Origin: an uncultured Erysipelotrichaceae bacterium
Lineage (GTDB): Bacteria > Bacillota_I > Bacilli_A > RFN20 > CAG-826
Assembly: GCA_902791935.1 (NCBI GenBank)
Contig: CADAXQ010000003.1
Location: 14,585 to 78,584, forward strand
Reading direction: 5' to 3'
DNA: 64,000 nt
The notes beneath the pieces are model-generated. The model had not been told where the DNA came from. It worked only from the letters and a program-made list of their open reading frames with translations, and made no database searches. The first letter of the stretch is position 1. Each line of letters begins with the position of its first letter. A program made the position numbers and the translations under genes. Positions 17,748 to 27,740 of this stretch are shown piece after piece.

Positions 17748-20687
17748 ATGGCATCTACTAAAAAGCCGCCTTTCCGGCACAACCCTCGAGCGGAATCCGA
17801 TTTTTTGTTACGCACGTACGAATGGTTGGCGAACGAATTCAAGGGAGAGCGTTTTCGCAAAGTCTGCGACTTAAAAGTTTCTTATGCCTTAAGTGAAGAA
17901 CCGATTCCCTTTCAAGAAATAGGACGCCGTCATTTCGAGCCTTTAGCGATCGGTGAAAAATGGGCAACGCACGTTTTCCAGTGCGCTTGGTTTCGAATTG
18001 AAGGGAATGCTGCAGGCATCAAAGATCCCTATTTAGGCATAAACTTTCGGGGAGAAGGCCTTTTAATTGATGAACACGGGCATGCCTTAAAAGGGTTTTC
18101 GAATGGTGACAACGCTTGGCAATTGGGCAACATTACTTTTGAAAAGTGTTTTGCACCGATTGCCCCTTTGCTAAAGCCGGATGGATCTTTTGTTTTATAT
18201 ATGGATGTCGCTGCCAATCATTTGCAGGGCGGTTTCTTTGATCCAACTTATTTAGAATATTGCGGTTTGTTTACTCACGATGAAAAAACGGAAGAGATCT
18301 ATCAAGACTTTCAAATTCCTTATTGGTATTGTCGTTATAAAATAGAACATCACGAAGCCCTCCCTCACCAAAAGGAATTTTTGAGAGGAATGGCCATGGT
18401 CAAGTCTTATTACCAGTATCACGACCCCAAGGCCTATGAAAAATCAAAGCCCGTCTTAAACGATTTAATACGCTTATCTGGTCAAGACAACTTTCATTAT
18501 ATTGCCGAAGGTCACTCTCATTTGGATTTGCTATGGCTTTGGCCATTTCGTGAAACCAAACGCAAAATCTTGAGGACGTTTTCTAATGCTGTCTTTTTGT
18601 GCCAACGCTATCCCGATTATCGCTACGTCGCCTCGTCTCCTTTGCAATTTGCTTTGTTGGAAGAGTTGGATCCTAAACTGTTTCAGCAAGTTGCTCGCCT
18701 AATACAAACCGGCCAAATCGAATACGAGGGACAAACTTGGGTGGAAAACGACATCAATCTTCCCTCCGAAGAATCTTGGACCCATCAAGCGTTATATGGG
18801 CAAAAATATTGGAAAGAAAAATTTGGTAGCTACGCCAAGATTCAATGGCTTCCTGATACTTTTGGCTATGCGGCATCCTTGCCACAAGTCATTGCTGCGT
18901 CTGGCTCGCCTTACTTTTTAACGCAAAAGCTTTCTTGGAATGAACACACCATTTTCCCATACCATACATTTCGTTGGATCGGCATTGACGGAACATCGGT
19001 GTTGGTTCATATGCCACCATCCAACGAATACAACTCTTCTGCAGGGCCCGATAGTTTGCTGAGAGGAGAAGCCAATGCTAAACACGAAGGCAACGAAAAT
19101 CAAGGTTTGCTTTTGTTTGGCATTGGCGACGGCGGCTGCGGCCCTTCCATCGACCATGTGGAACGCGTAAGACGGGAAACAAACGTTCCGTATCTTCCGA
19201 AGGTGAAAATGGGGCGATCAGATGTGTTTTTTGAAAGCATATCGGCGAAACCGTTCCCCACTTTTCAAGGCGAACTTTATTTAGAAAAGCATCAAGGCAC
19301 TTTGACTTCTCAAAGCAACACCAAGCAAAATAATCGTCTTTTTGAAGAAAGGGCAAAGGCATTGGAATTTTATTATGCCAGCCAAGGAAAGAGTGGCGAT
19401 GCGTTAAAACCGTTATGGAAAGAAGCGATGCTTTATCAATTTCACGACTGTTTGCCTGGCTCTTCCATTGAACGAGTCTATCAAGAAACGGACATCGCTT
19501 ATACAAGATTATTCGAGGAGCTTGAAGACCTGGCTTCCCAAGAAAACCTTTCGTTTATTCCGCATCCTTCTAAACCGTTAATTAATCATTTTGCCTATCC
19601 CGTTTCCTTGACGGCGAAACAAAAAGATTGCTATCTTCTCTATGAAGCAGAAGCGCAGCAACTCGCCTTTCCAAAACGCTATTTTTTGAGCGGAGAAGGT
19701 GACGCTCGCCATTATGAAAACCGCTTTTTTGAAGTGTCGTTTGATAATCACGGCTTCATTTCCGCACTGCAAGAGAAAAAGACGGGCCGAGTAGTTCTAA
19801 AAAACAGCAATGTGTTGCGCGTTTTTATCGATAAAGGAGATGCATGGGACTTTCCTGATGACTATCGTGCGCAGCCCGAAATGGATATGCATCTACTTTC
19901 GCAGAGCGCCAAAAATTATGGCATTATTCACGAAATCGTTTCTGAGTACTCATTTCGTAATTCTCGTTTGATTCAGACCATTTTGTTGCGCGACGATTGT
20001 CCTTATTTGGATGTTACTCATGAAGTGTATTGGAAAGATACTGGATATATGTTGCGGGCAGAATTTATTCCCTGTGAATACGCTCACTTCGTGACCAGCG
20101 ATATTCAATTTGGCATGCTGCGGCGTTCCACTCAGAGAGAAAACGAGCATATTGCCGCTATGAAGGAAATTGCTTGTCAAAAATGGTTCGACATGTCCAA
20201 AAACGGGGCGGGTATTGCTATTTTTAATCACACAAAGAATGGGTTCTTTGCCAAAGACGGCATACTATCTTTGGCGCTGTTACGCAGCACAGACTATCCC
20301 TGCCCCCACTCTGACCAAAAGAAAACGGTCTATCATTATGCTATTTATCCACACGCCGGCGATTTAAATGCGGTAGAAGTAGATAATCTTGCCATGGCTT
20401 ATAATGGTCAGTTTCTTTTTGGAAACGCGGACGAAGAACTACCATTCATTGATAATCCTGCAATTGAAATTTCTGCTTTTGCTCCTGCCTACAACAACGA
20501 TGGACAAATTCTTAGACTATATGAGAAAACGGGCTTATCACAAACAGTCAACTTAAGCCTGCCAGCGTGCTATGCTTTAAAAGAGGAAACGAATTTGTTG
20601 GAAGACAAGATTGGTGATGTGCCAAAAGGATGCCTTTCTTTCCACCCTTATCAGATTCGAACCTTCCGCATGGAAAGGAAGAAATAA
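17748..20687 (+). CDS. alpha-mannosidase, glycoside hydrolase family 38 (cytoplasmic)
   Basis: 979 aa. GH38 N-domain motif AEGHSHLDLLWLWP, catalytic nucleophile region QWLPDTFGY. No signal peptide. Confidence 0.85.
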   Translation: MASTKKPPFRHNPRAESDFLLRTYEWLANEFKGERFRKVCDLKVSYALSEEPIPFQEIGRRHFEPLAIGEKWATHVFQCAWFRIEGNAAGIKDPYLGINFRGEGLLIDEHGHALKGFSNGDNAWQLGNITFEKCFAPIAPLLKPDGSFVLYMDVAANHLQGGFFDPTYLEYCGLFTHDEKTEEIYQDFQIPYWYCRYKIEHHEALPHQKEFLRGMAMVKSYYQYHDPKAYEKSKPVLNDLIRLSGQDNFHYIAEGHSHLDLLWLWPFRETKRKILRTFSNAVFLCQRYPDYRYVASSPLQFALLEELDPKLFQQVARLIQTGQIEYEGQTWVENDINLPSEESWTHQALYGQKYWKEKFGSYAKIQWLPDTFGYAASLPQVIAASGSPYFLTQKLSWNEHTIFPYHTFRWIGIDGTSVLVHMPPSNEYNSSAGPDSLLRGEANAKHEGNENQGLLLFGIGDGGCGPSIDHVERVRRETNVPYLPKVKMGRSDVFFESISAKPFPTFQGELYLEKHQGTLTSQSNTKQNNRLFEERAKALEFYYASQGKSGDALKPLWKEAMLYQFHDCLPGSSIERVYQETDIAYTRLFEELEDLASQENLSFIPHPSKPLINHFAYPVSLTAKQKDCYLLYEAEAQQLAFPKRYFLSGEGDARHYENRFFEVSFDNHGFISALQEKKTGRVVLKNSNVLRVFIDKGDAWDFPDDYRAQPEMDMHLLSQSAKNYGIIHEIVSEYSFRNSRLIQTILLRDDCPYLDVTHEVYWKDTGYMLRAEFIPCEYAHFVTSDIQFGMLRRSTQRENEHIAAMKEIACQKWFDMSKNGAGIAIFNHTKNGFFAKDGILSLALLRSTDYPCPHSDQKKTVYHYAIYPHAGDLNAVEVDNLAMAYNGQFLFGNADEELPFIDNPAIEISAFAPAYNNDGQILRLYEKTGLSQTVNLSLPACYALKEETNLLEDKIGDVPKGCLSFHPYQIRTFRMERKK

Positions 20688-20688
20688 C

Positions 20689-21843
20689 ATGAGAGATATT
20701 GGCTCAAGCAGTTCGCTCTCGCAGCAGCAGATCAAACGTTCGAATCTGACTTCCATAGTGAATTATGTGATGACGCACGATCGCGCAACGAAACGTGACA
20801 TTTGTGATGAAACCAATCTTAGCTGGGGCTTGGTTTCCAAAGTAGTTAACCAATATCTTCATATGGGTCTTTTTGAAGAAAAGGGACTCGCTTCGCGTGA
20901 AGGAAAAGGTAGAACCGGTGCTATTATTGGCATTCCCGATTCCGCTTCCTGGTCGCTAGGGGTGAGCATTCGCCCCAACGTGATTCGTACAAAAGTTATC
21001 ACTTTACAAGGGAAGTTAGTGGAAGAAACCGTGCACGCTGTCACAGAAAAAACGCAAGCAGGGCTTTTGCTTTCACTTTTTAACGCTTTGGACAAAGCCT
21101 TTCAAAAAGCAGATGAAGTCGGCAAAACATTCATTGGCATTGGGCTGTCTTCTCAAGGAATTATCGATCCCGACCAAGGCATGGTGGAGTCTTTCCCCGG
21201 ATTGGGTGGCAAAGCGTGGAAAAGTACTTCCTTAACACAGTTGATTGAAAATCGTTATGGTGTACCTGCGGCGATTGAATCTGAAGCCGTTAACGTGTTG
21301 TTTGCGCTGTACAAAGAAAACAAAGTCATGGACGCTGCTCTACTCGATTTATCGACTACAGTCACTTTGGCTTATATTAAGTCGGGCTTGCTTTTTTCTT
21401 CCGCGGACCAGTTGGCTTTTGGCCATGTTTTTGTTCCTACCCCCGAGGGGATTAAAAGTTTAGATGAGGAAGCGTCAGGGCTGGCTTTAGAAGAAGTGAA
21501 TGCAAAGCATGGAAGTTATGCGGAATGGGGTAAACGGGCCGGCCAAGCCTTGGCCTATTCTGTCTATAATGCCAATGAACTGATTCATCGCCCCGTTGTC
21601 TATTTTTCAGGAGACTTGTTGATTTATCAGAATGATTTTTTCCCTGCCTTTTTGGCCGCCTATTCTTCTTGGACCCAAGGCGAAGAAAAAAACGTCGAAT
21701 TCCATCTTACTTCTCAATATGATGGTGCGTTTGGTGCGGCTTTAGTTGGTGCAGAGCGTGGTTTGGTTGAATCAGGCATGAAAATCATTGAGCCAAAAAA
21801 GAAAGCAAAAGCGAAAAGAAAGCACCGGGAAGCACAAAAATGA
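20689..21843 (+). CDS. ROK-family (NagC/XylR-type) transcriptional regulator
   Basis: Start moved to ATG 20689 (RBS AAAGGAAG). N-terminal wHTH (IVNYVMTHDRATKRDICDETNLSWGLVSKVVN) then ROK/ASKHA sugar-kinase-like fold. Has a Lys-rich C-tail. The canonical CxCGxxGC zinc motif is not evident. Confidence 0.65.
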   Translation: MRDIGSSSSLSQQQIKRSNLTSIVNYVMTHDRATKRDICDETNLSWGLVSKVVNQYLHMGLFEEKGLASREGKGRTGAIIGIPDSASWSLGVSIRPNVIRTKVITLQGKLVEETVHAVTEKTQAGLLLSLFNALDKAFQKADEVGKTFIGIGLSSQGIIDPDQGMVESFPGLGGKAWKSTSLTQLIENRYGVPAAIESEAVNVLFALYKENKVMDAALLDLSTTVTLAYIKSGLLFSSADQLAFGHVFVPTPEGIKSLDEEASGLALEEVNAKHGSYAEWGKRAGQALAYSVYNANELIHRPVVYFSGDLLIYQNDFFPAFLAAYSSWTQGEEKNVEFHLTSQYDGAFGAALVGAERGLVESGMKIIEPKKKAKAKRKHREAQK

Positions 21844-22475
21844 AAACGGTCTTTTCCGTTTATTGGAAACGTTCGTTTTGGAAATACCTTTTGGTGGCCT
21901 TTTTGCCACTTGGAATTTGGGCCTATGCTTTTCAACTCAAAGACAGGCCTAAGGAAAACGAAACATTGCAAGTTTTCTTTTCTTCACGCCAGCTTTTTGA
22001 GGACGGACCTTTTCGGGAAACTCGCAAAGATTATTCTTCCGCGGGCATTCTGTCCTTAAAAACGGTTTCTGTTTCCCCCACAAATCAAAACTATATTGGC
22101 ATGTTTGAATCTGAAGGCTTGTATTACAGTGATATTTTGTTTGTTCCCGAAACCCAGTTGACCATGTATCAAGATGGAAATTGGTTCTTGCCATTAGACA
22201 GTACCGTATTAAAAGACGCTTCTTTGGACTGGATTTTTCAGTCTAATCGGCAAGACGAAAAAGTTGCGCTTAAAGTTTATGATCCAAACGATGCTAACTA
22301 TAACGCTCACTTCGATCTTTCGTATGTAAATTTGAATGACAACCGCGAAGCCTTATACCTGTGTTTAAACGCAAGAATGCCGAATATTTATCCTTGGAAC
22401 AACAACTCGCGCGAAGGGGATAATCAGGCGCTGGATTTATTTCGGCGAATTGTCTTTTATCAAAGTAAGCAATAG
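21840..22475 (+). CDS. hypothetical membrane-anchored protein
   Basis: N-terminal TM (YLLVAFLPLGIWAYAF). ATGA overlap with the ROK gene. Confidence 0.45.
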   Translation: MKTVFSVYWKRSFWKYLLVAFLPLGIWAYAFQLKDRPKENETLQVFFSSRQLFEDGPFRETRKDYSSAGILSLKTVSVSPTNQNYIGMFESEGLYYSDILFVPETQLTMYQDGNWFLPLDSTVLKDASLDWIFQSNRQDEKVALKVYDPNDANYNAHFDLSYVNLNDNREALYLCLNARMPNIYPWNNNSREGDNQALDLFRRIVFYQSKQ

Positions 22476-22479
22476 TGGT

Positions 22480-23328
22480 ATGTCAAAAGGTAAGAAAGCG
22501 AAAAAAGATTCAGGAACGATTTTCCCAAAAAATCGCTGGGAAGTATTTTGGGATGTTTCGGTACATCGAATCGTCGATTTGCTGAAAATTTCTATCCTAA
22601 CCGGTTTATTTTTCCTTCCGCTCTTTGCGTGGAACGGATACAACACATTTGCCATCGCTTATGCTGATTATCAACAAGAAAAGGCTGCCTCCACCCTGGC
22701 TCAGATTCGTTTTTATCAAGCTGTGATAAACGTGCCGTGCGTTATGTTTGCTGCTTTGGGGGTAGCAGGAGGATGGAACGCCATTCAAAAAATCGCTCAT
22801 GCTGAATTGGCGTTTGTGTCGCATGATTTTTGGGATGGATTCAAAAACAACTGGTGGGTAGCACTATTGCTCGGTTTATTGATGGGGCTATCGGGCGGGA
22901 TTTTCTTGCTTGGATTTACAGTCTTTCAATCTACCCAACTAATCTGGACAATTTTGGGAAGAGGTCTTTGTGCCGTTCAATTTCTTTTCTTCGGCATCTT
23001 GTCTATCTATGGGCTGGCGGTGCAAGAGCAATATGAGTTGCGGGTAGGACAATTCTTCGTGGTTGTGTTGAAACTATTCTTTTTGGAATTCCCCGTCAAT
23101 CTAGCATTTTTTATTATTTTATCAATCGGCTTGGGCTTCTTTTATGTCTTTGCCAACCCTTTGATTCATTTTCTAGGCTATGCATTAACGTCGTTGATAT
23201 TACTTTCTTTGGCGATGTTGGTGGGAGTTTTGTGGACTTCTTATTCGTTTGATCACCAAATTAATCGAGCCTTTTTCCCACAAGAAGTGGATAAAGGTGT
23301 TTGGCGGGTCCCGCCGAAAAAAGAATAG
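22480..23328 (+). CDS. polytopic membrane protein, possibly DUF624/YesL-like
   Basis: Start at MSKGKK (22480). About 6 predicted TMs. Sits where YesL-type proteins typically occur in sugar-utilisation loci. Confidence 0.4.
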   Translation: MSKGKKAKKDSGTIFPKNRWEVFWDVSVHRIVDLLKISILTGLFFLPLFAWNGYNTFAIAYADYQQEKAASTLAQIRFYQAVINVPCVMFAALGVAGGWNAIQKIAHAELAFVSHDFWDGFKNNWWVALLLGLLMGLSGGIFLLGFTVFQSTQLIWTILGRGLCAVQFLFFGILSIYGLAVQEQYELRVGQFFVVVLKLFFLEFPVNLAFFIILSIGLGFFYVFANPLIHFLGYALTSLILLSLAMLVGVLWTSYSFDHQINRAFFPQEVDKGVWRVPPKKE

Positions 23329-23331
23329 TTA

Positions 23332-24396
23332 TCAATCCACGCGGGTTCCGTTGGGGCGAAACGCAAAGAGATTTTTTGCATTAAATGTCACGTGCATGGT
23401 CTCGCCGACTTCATGTGGCGTAGGACTTAATAAGGTTCCGCGGAAAGTGCCATCTTCCGAAGCGAAAGAAAGATGAGGGCCATCTTCTTCCCATAAGACA
23501 TTTTGGATTCGAATGGGGATTCCTTCTTCTGAAAAATAGGCGTCCTCATAAGACAGCCCGAACGTATAGGAACCATCAGGAAGCGACAATTGAATTTTCG
23601 TGTTGGCAACCAGTAACGTTCGATTTTTAACCACGCCTGAAAATGTCAAAGACTTACCGGCCCTCAAAAAAGAAAAAATTTGCAAGGTTGCTGGTTTGTC
23701 GTAAAGTTCCTGCGGCGTTCCAACACCAATGACTTTTCCTTGTTGAAGCAAACACATCTGATCTGCTAATGTCAACGCTTCCTCTAATCGATGTGTGGAA
23801 TATAGGAATGTTGCATTATGGCGTGACTTCATTTCTAAAAATAAGCGTAAAAATGTGCCACGGTTTTTTGGGTCAACATTGGAAAGGGGCTCATCGAAGA
23901 GATTGACGTCCGCTTCTCTTGCTAACGCTCTGGCTATTGCTACCCGTTGCTGTTCTCCTCCTGAAAGCTGACGCGGTTTCCTTGTTAGGATGGCGGTAAT
24001 TCCGGCTTGCTTGGCAACGCGTCTAATACACGCAATGATTTCTTCCGTCGTAAGACCGCGATCTTTTAGCCCCATAGCAATATTTTGATAGACAGTTGCA
24101 TAAGGAAATAAGACGTAATTTTGTGGCACGTATGCCATCGATTTTTCTTCTTGCGAAATTTTTGTGGCATCGACGCCGTTCCAGAAAAAATCTCCATCAT
24201 CAAAGCTTTCGATACCCGCCAAGATACGAAGAAGTGTAGTTTTTCCAGAACCAGATCCCCCCATCAGCACAAAGAACGATCCGCTTGGAATGTGAAGGGA
24301 AACGTTTTGAAGGGCCATCACTTCAGAGGCGGGTTTCCGCCGATTTTTTGCGATATAGAAAGTTTTCGAGAGATTGTGAATTTCGATATTAGCCAT
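23332..24396 (-). CDS. ABC transporter ATP-binding protein, MsmX/MalK-type (no adjacent permease on its strand)
   Basis: Walker A GGSGSGKTT, signature LSGGEQQRVAIARAL, Walker B LFDEPLSNVD, C-terminal transport-associated OB-like domain. Confidence 0.85.
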   Translation of the reverse strand: MANIEIHNLSKTFYIAKNRRKPASEVMALQNVSLHIPSGSFFVLMGGSGSGKTTLLRILAGIESFDDGDFFWNGVDATKISQEEKSMAYVPQNYVLFPYATVYQNIAMGLKDRGLTTEEIIACIRRVAKQAGITAILTRKPRQLSGGEQQRVAIARALAREADVNLFDEPLSNVDPKNRGTFLRLFLEMKSRHNATFLYSTHRLEEALTLADQMCLLQQGKVIGVGTPQELYDKPATLQIFSFLRAGKSLTFSGVVKNRTLLVANTKIQLSLPDGSYTFGLSYEDAYFSEEGIPIRIQNVLWEEDGPHLSFASEDGTFRGTLLSPTPHEVGETMHVTFNAKNLFAFRPNGTRVD

Positions 24397-24415
24397 GTGT
24401 TAATATAATAACATT

Positions 24416-24904
24416 GTGCTTTATCTTTTTGACCAAGAGCAACAGAATCGTCTACGCCGAAAGAAATTACAGCTAGTTTGGATTTTTGTCGTAGTCACCG
24501 TTGTTTATTTATCGGTCGCCTTTTTGTTCTTTTTTGCCCATTCACGTGATAACAGCGTCTTATATTTGACTTTAGAAGGAGTGATAGGCGCAATTTATGC
24601 TTGCTACGCGGTCTTTCATTGGGATTATCTATATCGTAATAATCGACGTTTGTTGCGGTTAAATCGGTTGGCGTTAGCGGCCGACAAACGCGAAGGCGTG
24701 TTTCTTTACCAAGAGGAATTGCCGAGACGCCCTAGAAATGGCGTATATTGCTGGGGCTATCGGTTTGTAGACGAAGCGGGTGTAGCGCACGATTTTTATG
24801 CCGCGAAATGTATACCATTGGTGCAAAGTCATTCGTGCCACCTTATTTTTTTCAACGATATTTTATTAGGATGGAACGACGAAACTTCATGTAAAGCGCC
24901 ATAA
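24416..24904 (+). CDS. hypothetical membrane protein
   Basis: Two predicted TMs then a Cys/His-containing soluble domain. No recognised family. Confidence 0.35.
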   Translation: MLYLFDQEQQNRLRRKKLQLVWIFVVVTVVYLSVAFLFFFAHSRDNSVLYLTLEGVIGAIYACYAVFHWDYLYRNNRRLLRLNRLALAADKREGVFLYQEELPRRPRNGVYCWGYRFVDEAGVAHDFYAAKCIPLVQSHSCHLIFFNDILLGWNDETSCKAP

Positions 24905-25006
24905 ATTGCGCATTTTTCGCACTTTTTAACTTGTTAAATTCTTTTTCTATCAATGGGTTTCATTTTTTGTTGGAAGCGTTTACAATAGCAATGGAGATAA
25001 ATAAAA

Positions 25007-26740
25007 ATGAAAGCCATAAAACCTATTTGCCTTTTTTGCCTTATAGGGAGTGCCCTCACTTTATGCGGATGTAACAACCCCAGCACAGTGATTGATACTT
25101 CAAAAACACAAATTTATTTGCACCGCTTTGCCGGCGGATTTGGCGAAGCATACCTCAATCGCATGATTGAAGAATGGAATGCAAAAAACGACAAATATCA
25201 AATCGTAGCCACTGCGGCCAACTTAGATTCTGATGCGGACGATTTAACGGCGTTGCAAACCGGGACGAATATCGATATTTTTTGGTCTTCTTTTTGCCGA
25301 TATGAAACGGGCTGGTATCACGAACCCAACTACTTTGAAGATCTAAGCGAGATTTTAGATTCAAAACCAGACGGAGAAAACGGTTTGACGGTGCGGGAAA
25401 AGATTATTGATAAAAACGCTTGGCTAGGGGATGCTACTGCGCGGCATGGTGAAGGCTGCTATATGCTACCGAACACGTCTACCATCATGGGTTTCCTTTT
25501 CGACTATGATGCCTTTATGGAAAATGGATGGCTAGAATACGCACCCGTTTCTGAAAAAGCAAAAGTAGAAGCGGATGGCATCATCTGCCATGAAGAAGAT
25601 GGAAAACTGATTTTTGATTCCTCTACGCGAGAGAATTGTTTTTATCAAAAAGGTGACATCATCACCATTGCCTCCCACGATGGAATCTATGGCACTTATG
25701 ATGATGGGCAACCCGTTACCATGGACGACTTCCGCTCCATGTTAACCTTGATTGATGCCTCTGGTTATACTCCCATTGGCTATTCTGGCAAAGACGAGGG
25801 TTACATCGGCGTTATGGGAGAGATGTATTTTGCCCAAACCATTGGGCTAGATACTCTCCATAGTTATTTGACATTCAACAGCAACGGGCAAAACATGACT
25901 TTCGTGGATGCTTCGGGAACAGAAACACAAGCTCCATTGACCATTCAAAACGGCTATCAAGCTTTCTCATTGAAAGGCTATAACGAAACCGTGGACTATG
26001 CCGAAAATATCTTTTTTGGTAACTATACTTCAGATTATTGCCGGACGGGTTCAACTACTGTCGATGATTTGCAACAGAAATTTGTAATGAACGATGCCAT
26101 TACGGACAAGAAAACTAAATTTGCTATGCTGGTAGAAGGAAATTGGTTTGAATCTGAGGCAAGAAGCGCAATCGAAAACGTCGCACGCCATAACCCCGCA
26201 CATGGCTATGGTAAGCAACGCTATCGTTTGATGCTGACGCCTACTGACGAACACACCACAAGCGAAAAATCTGTTGTTAGTGCTATTGAAACGGGCGGGT
26301 TGCTGGTAAAAAAGCAAAGTGATCCGGACAAAAAAGCAGCTATCTTTGACTTCATTAAATCGACATTGACCAATGACAACTTAGCGAAGACTTGTGTGGA
26401 ATCGGGTTTGATTCGTCCTTATTCTTTTACCTTGACATCCGATCAGTTAGCAGCGCAGACCCCGTTCCAGCGTTATTGCTATACGTTAGTGCAAGACCAC
26501 GAGCATGTCGAAACCATTACCCCACGTTTGGAACGATTAAGCGCTCCAATCACCTTTGCTTCTAGTTCTTTAAATCTTTCGAATGTCATGTTATTTGGCC
26601 GCAACCGCTATAGTCTCTTGTCCGCGATGCGTGTAGAAAGCGCCGAGGAGTTGAAAGCCAATACCAAATCGATGTATACCGCAGAACAATGGGCAAACGG
26701 CATTGCTGAATGCCAAAGACAGGGTTTCTATCAAAATTAG
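25007..26740 (+). CDS. ABC transporter extracellular solute-binding lipoprotein (large family-1 SBP)
   Basis: Signal peptide with lipobox LTLCGC. 577 aa. Positioned immediately upstream of two MalFG-type permeases. Confidence 0.7.
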   Translation: MKAIKPICLFCLIGSALTLCGCNNPSTVIDTSKTQIYLHRFAGGFGEAYLNRMIEEWNAKNDKYQIVATAANLDSDADDLTALQTGTNIDIFWSSFCRYETGWYHEPNYFEDLSEILDSKPDGENGLTVREKIIDKNAWLGDATARHGEGCYMLPNTSTIMGFLFDYDAFMENGWLEYAPVSEKAKVEADGIICHEEDGKLIFDSSTRENCFYQKGDIITIASHDGIYGTYDDGQPVTMDDFRSMLTLIDASGYTPIGYSGKDEGYIGVMGEMYFAQTIGLDTLHSYLTFNSNGQNMTFVDASGTETQAPLTIQNGYQAFSLKGYNETVDYAENIFFGNYTSDYCRTGSTTVDDLQQKFVMNDAITDKKTKFAMLVEGNWFESEARSAIENVARHNPAHGYGKQRYRLMLTPTDEHTTSEKSVVSAIETGGLLVKKQSDPDKKAAIFDFIKSTLTNDNLAKTCVESGLIRPYSFTLTSDQLAAQTPFQRYCYTLVQDHEHVETITPRLERLSAPITFASSSLNLSNVMLFGRNRYSLLSAMRVESAEELKANTKSMYTAEQWANGIAECQRQGFYQN

Positions 26741-26752
26741 TCGGGAGAGCAT

Positions 26753-27739
26753 ATGCAAGGTGCAATTCGCACGAAGAAAATACGGAGTGGCAAGAGGATT
26801 TCTCGTAAGGCTTCCTCCAATCTTTTTGTGCTTTCGGTTGTTTGGTATCCGCTAGTCCTATTCTTAATTTTCTGGGTCGGTGTGAACTTTAACTCCATTC
26901 TTCTTGCTTTCCAGTCTGTAAATGTGGATGGCAGCCGGCAGTTTGTTGGTTTTGACAATTTTGTCGCATTTTGTAAGAACGCGTTTTCTATGCAAGGTAG
27001 CGGCACGCAGTTGATGTATTCGTTTCGTAACTCTTTAATCAAATACGCCGTTTCTGTTGTGGTTTGCATGCCGCTTTATTTGATTTTTTCTTATCAAATT
27101 TATAAAAAGTGCTTTTTACACGAAACCATTCGCGCCATTTCGATGGTTCCCTCCATTATTTCTGGTTATGTCATTTCTTTGCTTTTTGTGAATTTTATTC
27201 AAGTGGGCGGGCCGCTGTATTACGTCATGAGCAAAACAGGTCATGAATGGTTTTCTTTGCTTTACCCAACCATCAACGGAAAATCCCCGTGGATTGCCCT
27301 AGCTACCAGCATTATCTATACGATTTGGCTTTCTTTCTCAACCAACCTATTGGTGTATCCAAACGCAATGAATTCCATTTCGCCCGACATCCGTGATGCG
27401 GCCAAAATTGACGGAGTGAATAACGGCTTTACTGATCTCCGCTACATTGTGCTTCCATTGATTTTCCCAACCATCGAAACGTTTTTGATCACTGGCTTAT
27501 CAGGCATCTTTATGGATGTTGGACCATTAATCGAATTCTATTATCTTAGCGCGCCCGATTACGCATCCTATGTAGGCTATTATTACCAAGTTCAAGTGCT
27601 GACAGGCAACGTCTCTCAATATGGCCTTTTGGCTGCAGGCGGCTTGATTTTGACCGCCATCACTGCCCCGTTGGTCTTCTTGTTGAAGTGGTGCTGCGAT
27701 AAATTTGGTCCATCTACCGATGCCGGAGGAGACAAATAA
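26753..27739 (+). CDS. carbohydrate ABC transporter permease (MalF/LplB-like)
   Basis: Six TMs. EAA-loop AKIDGVNNGFTDLRYIVLPLIFPT. Confidence 0.8.
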   Translation: MQGAIRTKKIRSGKRISRKASSNLFVLSVVWYPLVLFLIFWVGVNFNSILLAFQSVNVDGSRQFVGFDNFVAFCKNAFSMQGSGTQLMYSFRNSLIKYAVSVVVCMPLYLIFSYQIYKKCFLHETIRAISMVPSIISGYVISLLFVNFIQVGGPLYYVMSKTGHEWFSLLYPTINGKSPWIALATSIIYTIWLSFSTNLLVYPNAMNSISPDIRDAAKIDGVNNGFTDLRYIVLPLIFPTIETFLITGLSGIFMDVGPLIEFYYLSAPDYASYVGYYYQVQVLTGNVSQYGLLAAGGLILTAITAPLVFLLKWCCDKFGPSTDAGGDK

Positions 27740-27740
27740 T

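Noticed and set aside
20611-20688. Extension of the ROK regulator gene into the GH38 3' end
   Set aside because: Start at 20689 follows the GH38 stop and an AAAGGAAG RBS. The upstream residues overlap the mannosidase.
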